From: Thermoproteota archaeon
GTDB lineage: Archaea; Thermoproteota; Thermoprotei_A; Sulfolobales; Ignisphaeraceae
NCBI GenBank assembly: GCA_030550585.1
Contig: JAUQPB010000001.1
Coordinates: 160,001-224,000, forward strand
Reading direction: 5' to 3'
DNA: 64,000 nt
Shown here piece after piece: positions 50,060 through 60,757 of the stretch; the first letter of the stretch is position 1, and every line of letters begins with the position of its first letter. The notes under the pieces are model-generated. The model was given only the letters and a program-made list of their open reading frames with translations. It ran no database searches and was not told the DNA's origin. The position numbers and the translations under genes are program-made.

Positions 50060-51301
50060 ATGAGTATCAATAACATTGTCGAAAGTGTTATAAACAGAAT
50101 TTCTGTATTTAAGAATAGAAGCGTTCTAGACAGATCTTATATTCCTGACCAGCTCCCCCATAGAGAGCGTCAGCTAGCCATGCTAGCAGAGCTTTTTAGA
50201 CCTGCTATTACATCGCCTGGTACAGTCTCGATAACGGCTCTTTTAGTAGGAGATGTTGGTGTTGGCAAAACAGTTACATCATATGTGTTTGGCAGAGAAC
50301 TAACTAAAGTTGCTGAAAAGAAAGGCATAAAATTAAGATATGTTCATGTGAATTGCCATAGCGCTAGAACCTTGTATGGCGTTGTGCAGAGTATTGCAGC
50401 TGCCTTTAGTTTAGCCATACCATTTAGGGGGCTGTCGCCAAGAGAAATGATGCTGATTATTCTTAATCATATGAAAAAGAATGATATGTATGCGGTTATA
50501 GCTTTAGATGAATTTGGCTATTTCATACGTGTTGCAGGAAACGATGCAATATACTTTTTGGTGAGGCTATATGACGAATATCCAGAGGCTGAAAAAAGAC
50601 TTCACTACATATTCATTACAAGAAACCTTGATGTACTAGGAGCCTTGGATCCCGCTACAGAAAGTTATATAACTAAGCACATAATCAAGTTTGAGCCTTA
50701 TAAGGCAAGCGAATTATTTGATATTCTAAAACAGCGAAGAGATTTGGCATTCTATGAGAATACAGTTGACGATAGTATCCTGAAGTTTATAGCTGATTCT
50801 GAAGGTTATGACAGGGGAGGAAAAGGAAATGCCAGAGCTGCAATAGAAATACTTTTGAGAGCAGGTATTGCAGCTGATTATGAGGGCTCACAAAAAGTCA
50901 CTATAGAGCATGTTAGAAAAGCTATTGGCGAGATAAACGAGGAGCTACTTGTTGAGATTTCCGACAATCTCCAATTCCTCCATCTACACGAATTGATAGT
51001 ACTAAAAGCTATTGTGAGGAAGCTGAGAAGTAGTAGTGAAGCCTATGTAAAAATGGGTGATGTGGAAGAAGAGTATAGGTATCTATGCCAATTGTATAAT
51101 ATTAAACCTAGAAAACACACCCAAGTCTACGAATATGTAAGATCCTTGAAGAACATGGGAATAATATATGCTAGAACATCTAGCAAAGGTATAAGAGGGA
51201 GAACAACCTTGATATCATTGCCAGTGCCTCTAGACCCCTTCGAAAAAAGATTAGATGAATTGATAGACAGGAGAATTGTAGAAGGCGAAACAAACAGCTA
51301 A
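50060..51301 (+). CDS. cdc6: Orc1/Cdc6 replication initiator (Orc1-2-like by context)
   Basis: YIPDQLPHRE, GDVGVGKT, LDE, GNAR.AI..L, C-terminal wHTH RGRTT; next to rfc/gins/mcm. Confidence 0.94.
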   Translation: MSINNIVESVINRISVFKNRSVLDRSYIPDQLPHRERQLAMLAELFRPAITSPGTVSITALLVGDVGVGKTVTSYVFGRELTKVAEKKGIKLRYVHVNCHSARTLYGVVQSIAAAFSLAIPFRGLSPREMMLIILNHMKKNDMYAVIALDEFGYFIRVAGNDAIYFLVRLYDEYPEAEKRLHYIFITRNLDVLGALDPATESYITKHIIKFEPYKASELFDILKQRRDLAFYENTVDDSILKFIADSEGYDRGGKGNARAAIEILLRAGIAADYEGSQKVTIEHVRKAIGEINEELLVEISDNLQFLHLHELIVLKAIVRKLRSSSEAYVKMGDVEEEYRYLCQLYNIKPRKHTQVYEYVRSLKNMGIIYARTSSKGIRGRTTLISLPVPLDPFEKRLDELIDRRIVEGETNS

Positions 51302-51344
51302 CGCTATAAATACCCTCCTTGTTTTTAATGGGGATTTGTAACCG

Positions 51345-51644
51345 ATGGAATTACTCCAAAGATCTACAACATTACCTGAGAAAATCAAAAGGAAGATTGA
51401 TGTATTTGGAAGGCCATGTGTGTGGAATATTATAGCAATTCTAAGTACAATAGATGCAAAAACAATTAACATAACATCTTTGATATCAAAACTTAATAGC
51501 AACTATAGCTATGTTGTAAGATGCGTTGAATTAATGAAGTCTTTTGACATGATTACTGAGATTAAAATGGGTAGGGTAAGATTGATAAAATTGAATGAAG
51601 ATAATGAATATGTGAAGACCATTCTTAATGTTTTGTATAAATGA
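51345..51644 (+). CDS. Small winged-HTH protein
   Basis: INITSLISKLNSNYSYV...L.....I.E.KMGRVRLIKL. Confidence 0.65.
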   Translation: MELLQRSTTLPEKIKRKIDVFGRPCVWNIIAILSTIDAKTINITSLISKLNSNYSYVVRCVELMKSFDMITEIKMGRVRLIKLNEDNEYVKTILNVLYK

Positions 51645-51684
51645 TTATATTACGTAAACGATGTTTAAAGCGGTTGTTGTCTTA

Positions 51685-53121
51685 TCAACTCTTTTTTGAA
51701 AAGGATAGCAGATCCCTTTTTTCTTTTTTATCCTCAGGCTTCGGCTTTGATTTCTTATGTTTATCCCCCTCACCATGGGTTACAGAACCTAACTCTCTTT
51801 TAGCCTCTTTCTCCATAATCTCCTTATACTTTTTGTAATAACTCATTACATTCGTCTTGTTAGACCCTGCCAACAGTTCAATCATTTTCTCGGATAGCCC
51901 CAAACCAATAGCGATTCTAGCAGCATAATCTGGATTTGTCAGAAATATCACTCTTAGTATTGGTATTACATCGCTTTTTGCAGCTGAAGTTGAGATATGA
52001 AGGTTTTGAGAAATTATCTTTGCTAGATCCTCCCTAACCTCTCTAACCTCTTTTAGTTTAGACATCAGTGATATTCTTTGTGGGAAGTTGTATTTCGTCC
52101 ATCTGAACTTGTCTTTGGGATTGTTTTTAGCGGCTACTGCTATACCTGCTGTCATAAGGTCTATACTGTATGTTAACAGATCCCAGTCTCCTGATCTAAC
52201 AATTCTTCCAAGATATGTGTCAGCCTTGCTAAGAAATTCGTATGCTCTTGCAACATCACCTAAATTAGTGTATTGCAAAGGTATATTCTCTTCAAGCCAG
52301 AGCCTTAGCTGCTCATAATCCAGCTGGGATTGGTTTAATGCATTTTTTGCTTGCCAGGCATACGATGCTGAAAATATCGCTCTAAGTGTTTCAAATGGAT
52401 CTCTCTCCTTATCTCTTGGCCTAAGCAGAGCCTTGGCTCTTTCAAGACTTACTTCCCCAAAGCCTTCGCCAACAGCTTGAAGGTCGTTTATGGCTGCTCT
52501 CGCATCACCCTCTGCCCTCTCTACGATGTATTCTAAGGCTTTTTCATCACATTTCAACTTCTCTGCCGAGCATATTCGCAGAAGAAGCTTTATCAAATCT
52601 CTTTTCTCTAGTTTTCTAAACTGGATAAACTCCGCTAGCTCGCGTAAAGGCCTTAGTTTTTGATCCCATGGGTTATTAGCTGTCATTATTATGGGTGTTT
52701 TAGTTACCTCAACAAGATGTTTAATAGCGTCGAGAGCACCTGCATCTTCCTTTGTTGCTATTCCATCAACCTCATCTAAAAGTATTATCTTCTTTTTCTC
52801 AGACCCAAAGAGACTTTGTATTGTTGAGGATCTAACCGCAATTCTCTCTATGTCCTCTTTCCTCCTAAAGTCGCTTGCATTCATTTCAAGAAGCTCGTAT
52901 CCAAACTCATTCGCTATTGCCTCTACAAGCGATGTTTTACCACAGCCTGGAGGACCGTACAGCAATAGAGCTTTTTTCTGCACATTGGGCCATTTCTTGA
53001 ACCATTCCAAAACCTTTTCCTTTGCCTCCTCTTGATTAACAACATCATCCAGTTTCTTAGGTCTGTACTTTATGACCCAAGGTATTCTATCTCTTTCTTG
53101 TGACACTCCCTCCAGCCTCAA
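51685..53121 (-). CDS. rfcL: Replication factor C large subunit
   Basis: WVIKYRP, GPPGCGKT, MNASD, LDEVD, GDARAAINDL, C-terminal PIP-like DLLSF. Confidence 0.96.
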   Translation of the reverse strand: MRLEGVSQERDRIPWVIKYRPKKLDDVVNQEEAKEKVLEWFKKWPNVQKKALLLYGPPGCGKTSLVEAIANEFGYELLEMNASDFRRKEDIERIAVRSSTIQSLFGSEKKKIILLDEVDGIATKEDAGALDAIKHLVEVTKTPIIMTANNPWDQKLRPLRELAEFIQFRKLEKRDLIKLLLRICSAEKLKCDEKALEYIVERAEGDARAAINDLQAVGEGFGEVSLERAKALLRPRDKERDPFETLRAIFSASYAWQAKNALNQSQLDYEQLRLWLEENIPLQYTNLGDVARAYEFLSKADTYLGRIVRSGDWDLLTYSIDLMTAGIAVAAKNNPKDKFRWTKYNFPQRISLMSKLKEVREVREDLAKIISQNLHISTSAAKSDVIPILRVIFLTNPDYAARIAIGLGLSEKMIELLAGSNKTNVMSYYKKYKEIMEKEAKRELGSVTHGEGDKHKKSKPKPEDKKEKRDLLSFSKKS

Positions 53122-53131
53122 AACTATTCAT

Positions 53132-54103
53132 CTATTTCTTCCCAAGTAGGCTAAGTCTGGCGAGCAAAGCCGTCAACTGTATCTCGTCATCTGCTCCCTC
53201 AACAATTCTGAAATGTATTTCACCTATGTAATCGGCTATCATAACCCTTAAATCTTCAGGTATCTTTAGATCAGCTGAAAAAAGCTCTCTATGCATTTGC
53301 TTCAAAACATCTACTCCACTAAGACCATATATAACCATAAGCTCTCTCAACTTGTCTCTAGCCTCGATAAATCTGCCTGATAGAGCCAGATTCAGAATCT
53401 CTCTTATCTCTTTTGGATGGGCTAGCCCAACAACCTTATAAACATTAGCCACTGTGACCTCGCCTAGAGCTGCTGCAGCCTGTAGAATATTTATAGCCTT
53501 TCTTAGATCACCCCCACTAATCTCATATATAGCCTCTAGACCGTCATCATGACATACCACATTCTCTTGTCCGCATATCCATTTCAGCCTACTCACAACA
53601 TCCTCTTTCTTAAGCTGTACAAATCTAAACGAAGCGCATCGCGATTGTATCGGATCAATTATTTTACTTGCATAATTTGCTATTAGTATGAAACGTGTTG
53701 TTTCTACATACATCTCCATAATTCTCCTCAAGGCCTGCTGGGCATCAGCAGTCATGTTATCAGCCTCATCAAGTATGACAATCTTAAATGGAACCTCACC
53801 TGTTATCTTGCTTCTTGCAAATTCCTTGACTTTACTTCTTATAACAGTAATCCCCCTCTCATCACTTGCATTAAGTTCTAAGACATATCTTCTCCAATCT
53901 TCTCCATACAAATCGTGTGCTAAAGCCAAAGCCGCAGTAGTTTTTCCAGTGCCAGGAGGACCTGCAAAGAGTAGGTGGGGCATATTCTTCTCTTCAACGA
54001 ATTTCATAAGCCTTGTAACAATTTCTTCTTGGTTAACCATCTCCTTTAGCGACTTTGGTCTATACTTCTCAACCCATAGCATTTCAGCAATTTTTGCACT
54101 CAA
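53132..54103 (-). CDS. rfcS: Replication factor C small subunit
   Basis: [31 protein letters not shown]. Confidence 0.97.
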   Translation of the reverse strand: MSAKIAEMLWVEKYRPKSLKEMVNQEEIVTRLMKFVEEKNMPHLLFAGPPGTGKTTAALALAHDLYGEDWRRYVLELNASDERGITVIRSKVKEFARSKITGEVPFKIVILDEADNMTADAQQALRRIMEMYVETTRFILIANYASKIIDPIQSRCASFRFVQLKKEDVVSRLKWICGQENVVCHDDGLEAIYEISGGDLRKAINILQAAAALGEVTVANVYKVVGLAHPKEIREILNLALSGRFIEARDKLRELMVIYGLSGVDVLKQMHRELFSADLKIPEDLRVMIADYIGEIHFRIVEGADDEIQLTALLARLSLLGKK

Positions 54104-54270
54104 TTAGCCTCCACCCATACACTAAATTATTTTCTTAGCGTTTTAAAGAATACTAATACTTTTTGTCTCTTTATCCAAGGTACATCATTTTTCACATTTG
54201 CTTGTAAACCCTAAAGCTAAACAGATTATAAATTAGATAAGTCCATATAATTACTAACTGGTGCCAAACC

Positions 54271-54804
54271 ATCGCAACAGAGTTTTCGCTACTAGACATA
54301 GTATATTATTCAACCCCAGTTAAGGTAATGGTTCTAAGAAGTGTGCCTTACAACCCGTTACTTGGATCCGCACTACAAAAAGGATCCGAGGAAAAAGTGC
54401 CTAGATGGATTGCTCAAATTCTTGAAGAAAAAGGGTTTGTTGAAATACTCGAGAAGCCCTACAGCCCCCAAGAGCTGACTAGAATAAGGTTTTCTCATAC
54501 ACAACAAAGAGCTACATTGAGTAAATTAGATGACTTCTTCTACATAAACACTGTTACAGCGATAAATAAACTTGGGGAAAAGGCTAAGAAGGAAACCGAT
54601 ATAGAGTTGCTAAGAATAGTTGATAGAGCTAAGGAAGACTTCAATGAAATTTCAAATATAAGACTCTCACATATAGTAAGAGCAATACAATTCCAAAGTC
54701 TTGATACAATATCAAAATCGCTTACCGTTGAAGAAAAAATTCTTTCAATGCTTATACAAAAAATAATGTCGACATGGCTGAAGAAATATGTTTTGATTAG
54801 GTGA
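54271..54804 (+). CDS. GINS complex subunit Gins23
   Basis: VPRWIAQILEEKG, LDDFFY, RL.HI; immediately upstream of mcm. SD-positioned ATC 54271; the first ATG is 54328. Confidence 0.85.
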   Translation: MATEFSLLDIVYYSTPVKVMVLRSVPYNPLLGSALQKGSEEKVPRWIAQILEEKGFVEILEKPYSPQELTRIRFSHTQQRATLSKLDDFFYINTVTAINKLGEKAKKETDIELLRIVDRAKEDFNEISNIRLSHIVRAIQFQSLDTISKSLTVEEKILSMLIQKIMSTWLKKYVLIR

Positions 54805-54810
54805 TTTAAC

Positions 54811-56874
54811 ATGGGCGAGCAGGTTCCAGAAACTACAACAATTGTTTTTGATATTGTTCAAGCAATCGAGGAGTTTATAAAGAGCTATAAGATTGAAGGA
54901 AAGGCTAAGTATAGAGAGCTCATTAGAAGGATGATTCTTGAAAATAGATATGATGTGGAGATAGACTTCAGCGACATTATGAGCTTCAATCCAAAGCTTG
55001 CGGAGAAGATAATAAGGGATCCTGAAAACGCTATAAAAAGATTCTCCGAAGTACTAAAAAGTATTGTTGCATACGAGGCTCCAGAATATCTCGATAAGAT
55101 ATATGAGGTTGTGCCACGGTTCAAGAACCTGCCAATAACTTTTAAAATACGTGACATAAGAAGCAATCTAATAAATAATTTAATTGCTGTTGAAGGCATA
55201 GTTGTAAGGGCGTCTCCCCCAAAGCAAAAAATTGTTGAAGCTGTTTTCCAACACGAATGTGGTAACGAGGTTATAGTGCCTGTTGTTGGTGATGTTGTTG
55301 AAAAGCCTGTTCAGTGCCCCTATTGCCATAGATCAACAGGTGCCTGGAGACTTCTTGAAGAAAAATCTAGGTTCAGAGATTTCCAGAGGCTGGTAATACA
55401 AGAGAAGCCAGAGGAAATACCAGCAGGCAGAATGCCTAGATCCATAGAGGTTGATGTATTTGATAACCTAGTTGATGTTACAAGACCTGGCGACAGAGTT
55501 GTCGTTGTTGGTATTCTAAAGCTTAGGAGCTCTGGAACTAAAAAAGTGAAAAGCTTATACGACACATATATTGAGGCAAACAATATTATTGTATCCCAAA
55601 GAATGCTTGAAGAAATAGAGATTACTAGAGAAGATGAGGAGAAGATAAAAGAGCTTGCAAAAGATCCTTTGATAAGAAGAAAGATAATAGCATCCATAGC
55701 ACCTGCAATCTACGGACTCTGGGATATAAAAGAGGCTATAGCACTTCTACTATTTGGTGGGGTACCCAAAACCCTGCCAGATGGCACGAGAATACGCGGA
55801 GACATCCACGTGCTGATGATAGGCGATCCGGGTACCGCAAAATCTCAGTTACTTCAGTATGTTGCACGCATAGCCCCCAGAGCCATATATACAACAGGTA
55901 AAGGTGCTACAGCTGCAGGTCTAACAGCAGCTGTTGTAAGGGATAAGCAGACTGGTGAGTACTATCTAGAGGCAGGCGCACTTGTGCTAGCTGATGGGGG
56001 AATAGCATGCATAGATGAAATTGATAAGATGAGAGAAGAGGATAGAGTAGCCATTCACGAGGCTATGGAACAGCAAACAATATCTATAGCTAAAGCTGGT
56101 ATAGTAGCTAGATTAAACTCGAGAACCTCTGTTCTAGCTGCTGGAAACCCAAGATACGGCAGATATCTGGTAAATAGGTCTATAGCAGAAAACGTTAACT
56201 TACCTCCAACAATATTATCAAGATTTGATTTGATATTTGTCATAAGAGATGTGCCAAATACTGAAAGAGATGCTAGGCTGGCTAGACACATAGCAGAGGT
56301 GCACGCTGCAGAGGATGTGGTAAAACCATTGATAGACATTGATATAATTAGAAAATATATTGCCTATGCTAGAAAGTATGTAAGGCCTGTCCTAAGTGAA
56401 GAAGCTAGGAAAATGCTTGAAGAATTTTTTGTAGAAATGAGAAGAAAGAGTCTTGAAACACCCGATTCACCCATATCAATAACTGCTAGACAGCTAGAAG
56501 CTTTAATACGTCTAGCTGAAGCCCATGCAAAAATGGCTCTAAAACCTGTTGTCACAGAAGAAGATGCTGCAGAAGCAATAAGACTTATGAAGAGTATGCT
56601 GGAAAGCGTTGGCATTGATGTTGAAAGTGGCGAAATAGATATCGACGTTATTATGACTGGCAAGACAAAGTCGCAGAGAGAGAAGATGCTGATTATAGAA
56701 AACATCATAAGGGCCCTTGCAAAGGAAGAAGGATGTGCAAAGGTGAAAACCATAGTTGCGAAGGCTAGGGAAGAGAACATCGAGGATAAACTCGTTGAAG
56801 AGGTATTAATAAGAATGAGAAGAGAGGGTTTAATATATGAGGTAAAAGACGGTTGCTATGCACCAGTTGTATAG
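54811..56874 (+). CDS. mcm: MCM replicative helicase (no intein)
   Basis: Zn motif H.C..C..C, GDPGTAKSQ, IDEIDKM, AAGNP, SRFD, RQLE. Confidence 0.98.
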   Translation: MGEQVPETTTIVFDIVQAIEEFIKSYKIEGKAKYRELIRRMILENRYDVEIDFSDIMSFNPKLAEKIIRDPENAIKRFSEVLKSIVAYEAPEYLDKIYEVVPRFKNLPITFKIRDIRSNLINNLIAVEGIVVRASPPKQKIVEAVFQHECGNEVIVPVVGDVVEKPVQCPYCHRSTGAWRLLEEKSRFRDFQRLVIQEKPEEIPAGRMPRSIEVDVFDNLVDVTRPGDRVVVVGILKLRSSGTKKVKSLYDTYIEANNIIVSQRMLEEIEITREDEEKIKELAKDPLIRRKIIASIAPAIYGLWDIKEAIALLLFGGVPKTLPDGTRIRGDIHVLMIGDPGTAKSQLLQYVARIAPRAIYTTGKGATAAGLTAAVVRDKQTGEYYLEAGALVLADGGIACIDEIDKMREEDRVAIHEAMEQQTISIAKAGIVARLNSRTSVLAAGNPRYGRYLVNRSIAENVNLPPTILSRFDLIFVIRDVPNTERDARLARHIAEVHAAEDVVKPLIDIDIIRKYIAYARKYVRPVLSEEARKMLEEFFVEMRRKSLETPDSPISITARQLEALIRLAEAHAKMALKPVVTEEDAAEAIRLMKSMLESVGIDVESGEIDIDVIMTGKTKSQREKMLIIENIIRALAKEEGCAKVKTIVAKAREENIEDKLVEEVLIRMRREGLIYEVKDGCYAPVV

Positions 56875-57002
56875 CTTTAGAATGCAGACGATATAACGAA
56901 TGACGATACAACAATGATAAATACACAAAGCTTATAATACCACACAACAAGTACTCAGATAAACATAGCCAGAATCAGCACATAAATGTAAGGTAGTAAG
57001 AG

Positions 57003-57269
57003 ATGTCTGTGTGCCGAAAATATGTTGTAAAGGTTGGGGAAAAAGAAATTGAGCTTGACGAAAAGGTTGTAAAAGTTTTGAATGTCTATGTAAGAACAGA
57101 AATGAGTCTAGAAAAGCTTGCAGAAGAGCTCGGCCTAGACGGGTGGGCAGAGGCATACGAATTTGTTAAAAAGGTTCCAGCATGGATTGCCTGGACACCT
57201 TCAATACTATGGAAACGCGAAATGGAAAAATGCGAAGGAGCTAATGAGATAAGAATCATAAAGATTTAG
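57003..57269 (+). CDS. Small hypothetical HTH-like protein
   Basis: MSLEKLAEELGLDGW.EAYEF helix-turn-helix-like segment. Confidence 0.7.
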   Translation: MSVCRKYVVKVGEKEIELDEKVVKVLNVYVRTEMSLEKLAEELGLDGWAEAYEFVKKVPAWIAWTPSILWKREMEKCEGANEIRIIKI

Positions 57270-57321
57270 CTGTACAACTTATTAAAGCAAAAACGGTTCC
57301 TTTAAATATATACATATATGT

Positions 57322-57416
<95 letters not shown>

Positions 57417-57624
57417 CTAAACCAATTCTAATACATTAAGTGAGAATGGATTGTAAGGATGATTTTTATGGCCACACATTTAAAAGGCTTTTGATTAATA
57501 ATTTCTGTGTAAGACTGATGTAACTCCGTTTGGCGTATTACTGAGGAGCCTTTGTGGTATTACTGTGGTAATAATTCAAATATTCATTGCATCAATATTT
57601 CTTGTACAAAGAGGTTTGATCGCC

Positions 57625-57816
57625 TTGCCTGTTGTGTATAAATGTGCAAATTGTGGAGAGACTCTATACAAGTTTGTTAGGGCGGGTCAAGACTACTATG
57701 GAATTCCCTCGCTATCGGAATTGAAGGTTAGGATAGGTAATAAATGTCCAAAATGTGGTAAAGAATTGCATAACAGCATTGACCTAGTCGATATAGTGAT
57801 TTCGGCAAGAAAATAG
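57625..57816 (+). CDS. Small zinc-ribbon protein
   Basis: YKCANCG...GQDYYGIPS.SE......CPKCGKEL; GAGGT SD before TTG 57625. Confidence 0.75.
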   Translation: MPVVYKCANCGETLYKFVRAGQDYYGIPSLSELKVRIGNKCPKCGKELHNSIDLVDIVISARK

Positions 57817-57867
57817 TGTTTAGTTGATTAGCCGCCATAGCAATTACATAGCAAATGATAATCTAAT

Positions 57868-59256
57868 TTAATAACTCAAGATTTTTCTTTCTAAGAATTT
57901 TTTGAGCCATGCCATATACGATTTGTCTCCATCAATATCCACATCGCGTATCGATGAAACCCTCGTAACCTCAGCTACTCTTAATGATGAAGGAGATACC
58001 TGCTCTAGAACCTCTTTTATAATGTCCTCAGGACCTTTCCTTCTTTTTCTTATACATACAAGCCTTCCATTTTCGTCGATCCAAGGACCAATTACAGCAT
58101 TTTTATTCTTCATCAGAAAACTTATTGCATTTGGATCGTAGGCTGGGGGCCCAATGTGATATTCATATTCTCTACATTCGTAGAGTTCTATAATGGTTAT
58201 GGCCCTAGATAGAGTTGGATCAACCCATGAATCGATGTATGTACATCTAAAGCCATATTCATTTAAGGTATTTCTAATTGAGCTGTGTATTCTTCTGATT
58301 TGCCCCCATACAACATCTGGAATTTTCTTGGTGACATCGAATTTTATTGCTATATAGCATAGTCCTTCATTAAATATTCTATTCCTTAATAATTCCTGAT
58401 TATATTCCTCAGAAACCTCGTCTTTCTTAATCTCAAAAAATTTTTCAGATGGGTTTTCCAGAAAGAGCCTGGCAAGTAGCTTAAACATTGCAAAGCTCTT
58501 TATAGAGAGTGCCGATGCAGCATTTCTTTTTGCGTCGACAGGATCTACAACAACTAGAACATCATTTTTGAATCTACTTCTACACTCTTTCTCACTAGCA
58601 TAGTAGCCCTCTATATCTATACATGTCTTGTAAGCTCTCCATGATAATGATGCCTTTAGCGTATCGATGAAAGAACCGTACTTTATTATCAACAGCTCGG
58701 TCAGATAACCAGAAAAACCTTGTGTCTTTATTTCTGCCCCATATATATTCCATACTTTGAGAAAGTACTTGAGAAGCCTAACCTCATCCTTGCACTCCTC
58801 ACATAATTTCGTCCTAACATACTCGGTGTGAAACGGTGTTCTATCAACAGCCGAAATTATTTCACTTGGCTTCGAAATTTTGAATGCGGGCACAATGTTT
58901 ATCTCATAACCACCAACATGAGTTACTATGTATGGATGAGAAGCATACTCAACAACTACTCTATATCCTTTTTCCTGCAAACACTGCGAAGCTATCTCAA
59001 CAAAATTCTTGTTTATCCAGTCAACAGTATAGTAACTTGGATCAAACAGTATGAAAATGTCTATATCTACATCATCTTTAAGAAACGTGTCCTTTGCTAC
59101 AGATCCTTGTAATGTAACTTCGAAATGCTCTAAACCTTTTTTGTTAAAGCATTTGTAGATAAAGTTCTGAACTTCATCATATATTCTGAACACCGTATCT
59201 CTTATTCTATCGTCAGGTTTTATCAGAGTAAGGACTTTTTTGAGTATCTCCTTCAA
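57868..59256 (-). CDS. cca: Class I CCA-adding enzyme
   Basis: GSVAKDTFL...DIDIF, YASHPY, SAVDRTPFH, GFSGYLTEL, DPVD..RNAA. Confidence 0.96.
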   Translation of the reverse strand: MKEILKKVLTLIKPDDRIRDTVFRIYDEVQNFIYKCFNKKGLEHFEVTLQGSVAKDTFLKDDVDIDIFILFDPSYYTVDWINKNFVEIASQCLQEKGYRVVVEYASHPYIVTHVGGYEINIVPAFKISKPSEIISAVDRTPFHTEYVRTKLCEECKDEVRLLKYFLKVWNIYGAEIKTQGFSGYLTELLIIKYGSFIDTLKASLSWRAYKTCIDIEGYYASEKECRSRFKNDVLVVVDPVDAKRNAASALSIKSFAMFKLLARLFLENPSEKFFEIKKDEVSEEYNQELLRNRIFNEGLCYIAIKFDVTKKIPDVVWGQIRRIHSSIRNTLNEYGFRCTYIDSWVDPTLSRAITIIELYECREYEYHIGPPAYDPNAISFLMKNKNAVIGPWIDENGRLVCIRKRRKGPEDIIKEVLEQVSPSSLRVAEVTRVSSIRDVDIDGDKSYMAWLKKFLERKILSY

Positions 59257-59275
59257 TATTGAAATCCCGTTTTAC

Positions 59276-59857
59276 CTACAGTAGTAGTCTTGCCACATGA
59301 ATATCGGAGTATATGGGTCCTCTAGGCGTAAGAATGCTTCTCTTGATTTTGATTTGTGTAATGGTTGATGACCCGAAGACATAGTCTTTGTATTCATCGA
59401 AGTATTTCTGCAATTTTTCAACACCTCTATAGCTTTTCAGCCTAGCAATTGTTATATGTGGCGAAAATTCGTGTTGATCTTTGTGCACATCTTTTAAACC
59501 TCTCCTAACTATTTCTGAATCAATATACTTTCTGATGTTCGCCAAGGTTTCGAACCCTTCTACAATCCCTACCCAGAGAACCCTTGGTCTATAAACATTT
59601 GGAAACGCACCAAAGCCTGCAACCTTTATTTTAAAAGGTTTGAACATCTTAGAAACATTATCAAGCAATTCCTTAATTTGCTCAAGAGAAGCCATGGATA
59701 TCTCGCCAAGAAATCTAATAGTTAAATGTATATTCTCATCCTCAACAAACTTAGCATCTATTCCAAGAGTTTCCAACTGCTTTTTCCACTTGATAATATT
59801 GCTCAAGGTCTCTGTATCCTCTATCTCTATCGCTATGAAAGCTCTTAAACCATTCAT
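59276..59857 (-). CDS. thpR: RNA 2',3'-cyclic phosphodiesterase (2H family)
   Basis: RAFIAI, HLTIRFLGE, FP....PRVLW, PHITIAR, GPIY. Confidence 0.93.
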   Translation of the reverse strand: MNGLRAFIAIEIEDTETLSNIIKWKKQLETLGIDAKFVEDENIHLTIRFLGEISMASLEQIKELLDNVSKMFKPFKIKVAGFGAFPNVYRPRVLWVGIVEGFETLANIRKYIDSEIVRRGLKDVHKDQHEFSPHITIARLKSYRGVEKLQKYFDEYKDYVFGSSTITQIKIKRSILTPRGPIYSDIHVARLLL

Positions 59858-59957
59858 TTACTTTGCCCATGGATAATTCAATAACTAAAAGGAATTAAAG
59901 CTTATATACACCACGAATACATTCAGATCTGTACCAGTATCGCAAAGGTTGAAGAAT

Positions 59958-60140
59958 ATGCCATGCTCACTACAGGTAAAGGTTAAAGATCCAACATCTC
60001 ATCTAGAGGTTACATTAGCACCCGAAAAAGTTTATGTGATTAGAAATCACATGGGGAAAGTGATTAAAATAGGTCTTTTCAAAAGCCCTAAAACAGGTCA
60101 GATGTTTAGAGCGTTGCTACCAGAGAGCTATACATGCTAA
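59958..60140 (+). CDS. creN7: Cren7-family chromatin protein (divergent)
   Basis: VKVKDP...EV.L.PEKV....KIGLFKSP.TG..FRA.LP..Y pattern in 60 aa. Confidence 0.82.
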   Translation: MPCSLQVKVKDPTSHLEVTLAPEKVYVIRNHMGKVIKIGLFKSPKTGQMFRALLPESYTC

Positions 60141-60186
60141 AAAAGAATAGAAGAGTGTGTGTTCATACACATTAAGCAGAGATTCA

Positions 60187-60609
60187 CTATTCTTTGAATT
60201 CTCCTTCAACCTCTTCAGGAGGTAAGGGCACCTCCTTAATTCTCTCCTCAACCTCTTCCCCTAGTTCTGACAGTAATATTCTTATCTCCTTAACCGCTGG
60301 TTTGGCTATTTTCTTTACACCTCTATGACCAGGCAAATAGACTGCTCTAACAATATTCACTTCCTCCAATCGTTTTACATGCGTACTTATATTGGCCTTG
60401 CTTTGCCCTAGCTTGTCTGCCAAATCCTCTATCCCCATATCCCCTTTAAAGGTAAGTCCAATTATCCTTAGTCTTGTTAGAGACGCTAAAGCGCTTGCCA
60501 CTTTTTCAATAAATTCTTCCCCAGCCACATACATAACATCTCCTTCAATCCATATACCTCTTCTTATTTTAGTGACATCAACCTTTTCTTCATCAACATG
60601 TGTTCCCAT
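60187..60609 (-). CDS. ArsR-family transcriptional regulator
   Basis: ALAS.TRLRI, IEDLADKLGQSKANISTHVKRLEE, PG.RGVKK. Confidence 0.85.
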   Translation of the reverse strand: MGTHVDEEKVDVTKIRRGIWIEGDVMYVAGEEFIEKVASALASLTRLRIIGLTFKGDMGIEDLADKLGQSKANISTHVKRLEEVNIVRAVYLPGHRGVKKIAKPAVKEIRILLSELGEEVEERIKEVPLPPEEVEGEFKE

Positions 60610-60757
60610 TATCGCATACACCACCAAGCAAATTTCTAGCTATGTATCTATATACTGCTTTACACAGATTTAAACATTTTGTCTTGAAAACCGAAAAAAT
60701 CATAAATTAAATTTGCCAGCATATCAAATATGATTATTGACTTCTTTCACAAAGGCT

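Noticed and set aside
57510-57570. C/D-like words (CTGATGT, CTGA) and a repeated GTATTACTG downstream of tRNA-Pro
   Set aside because: Boxes are incomplete and not in a convincing order or spacing.
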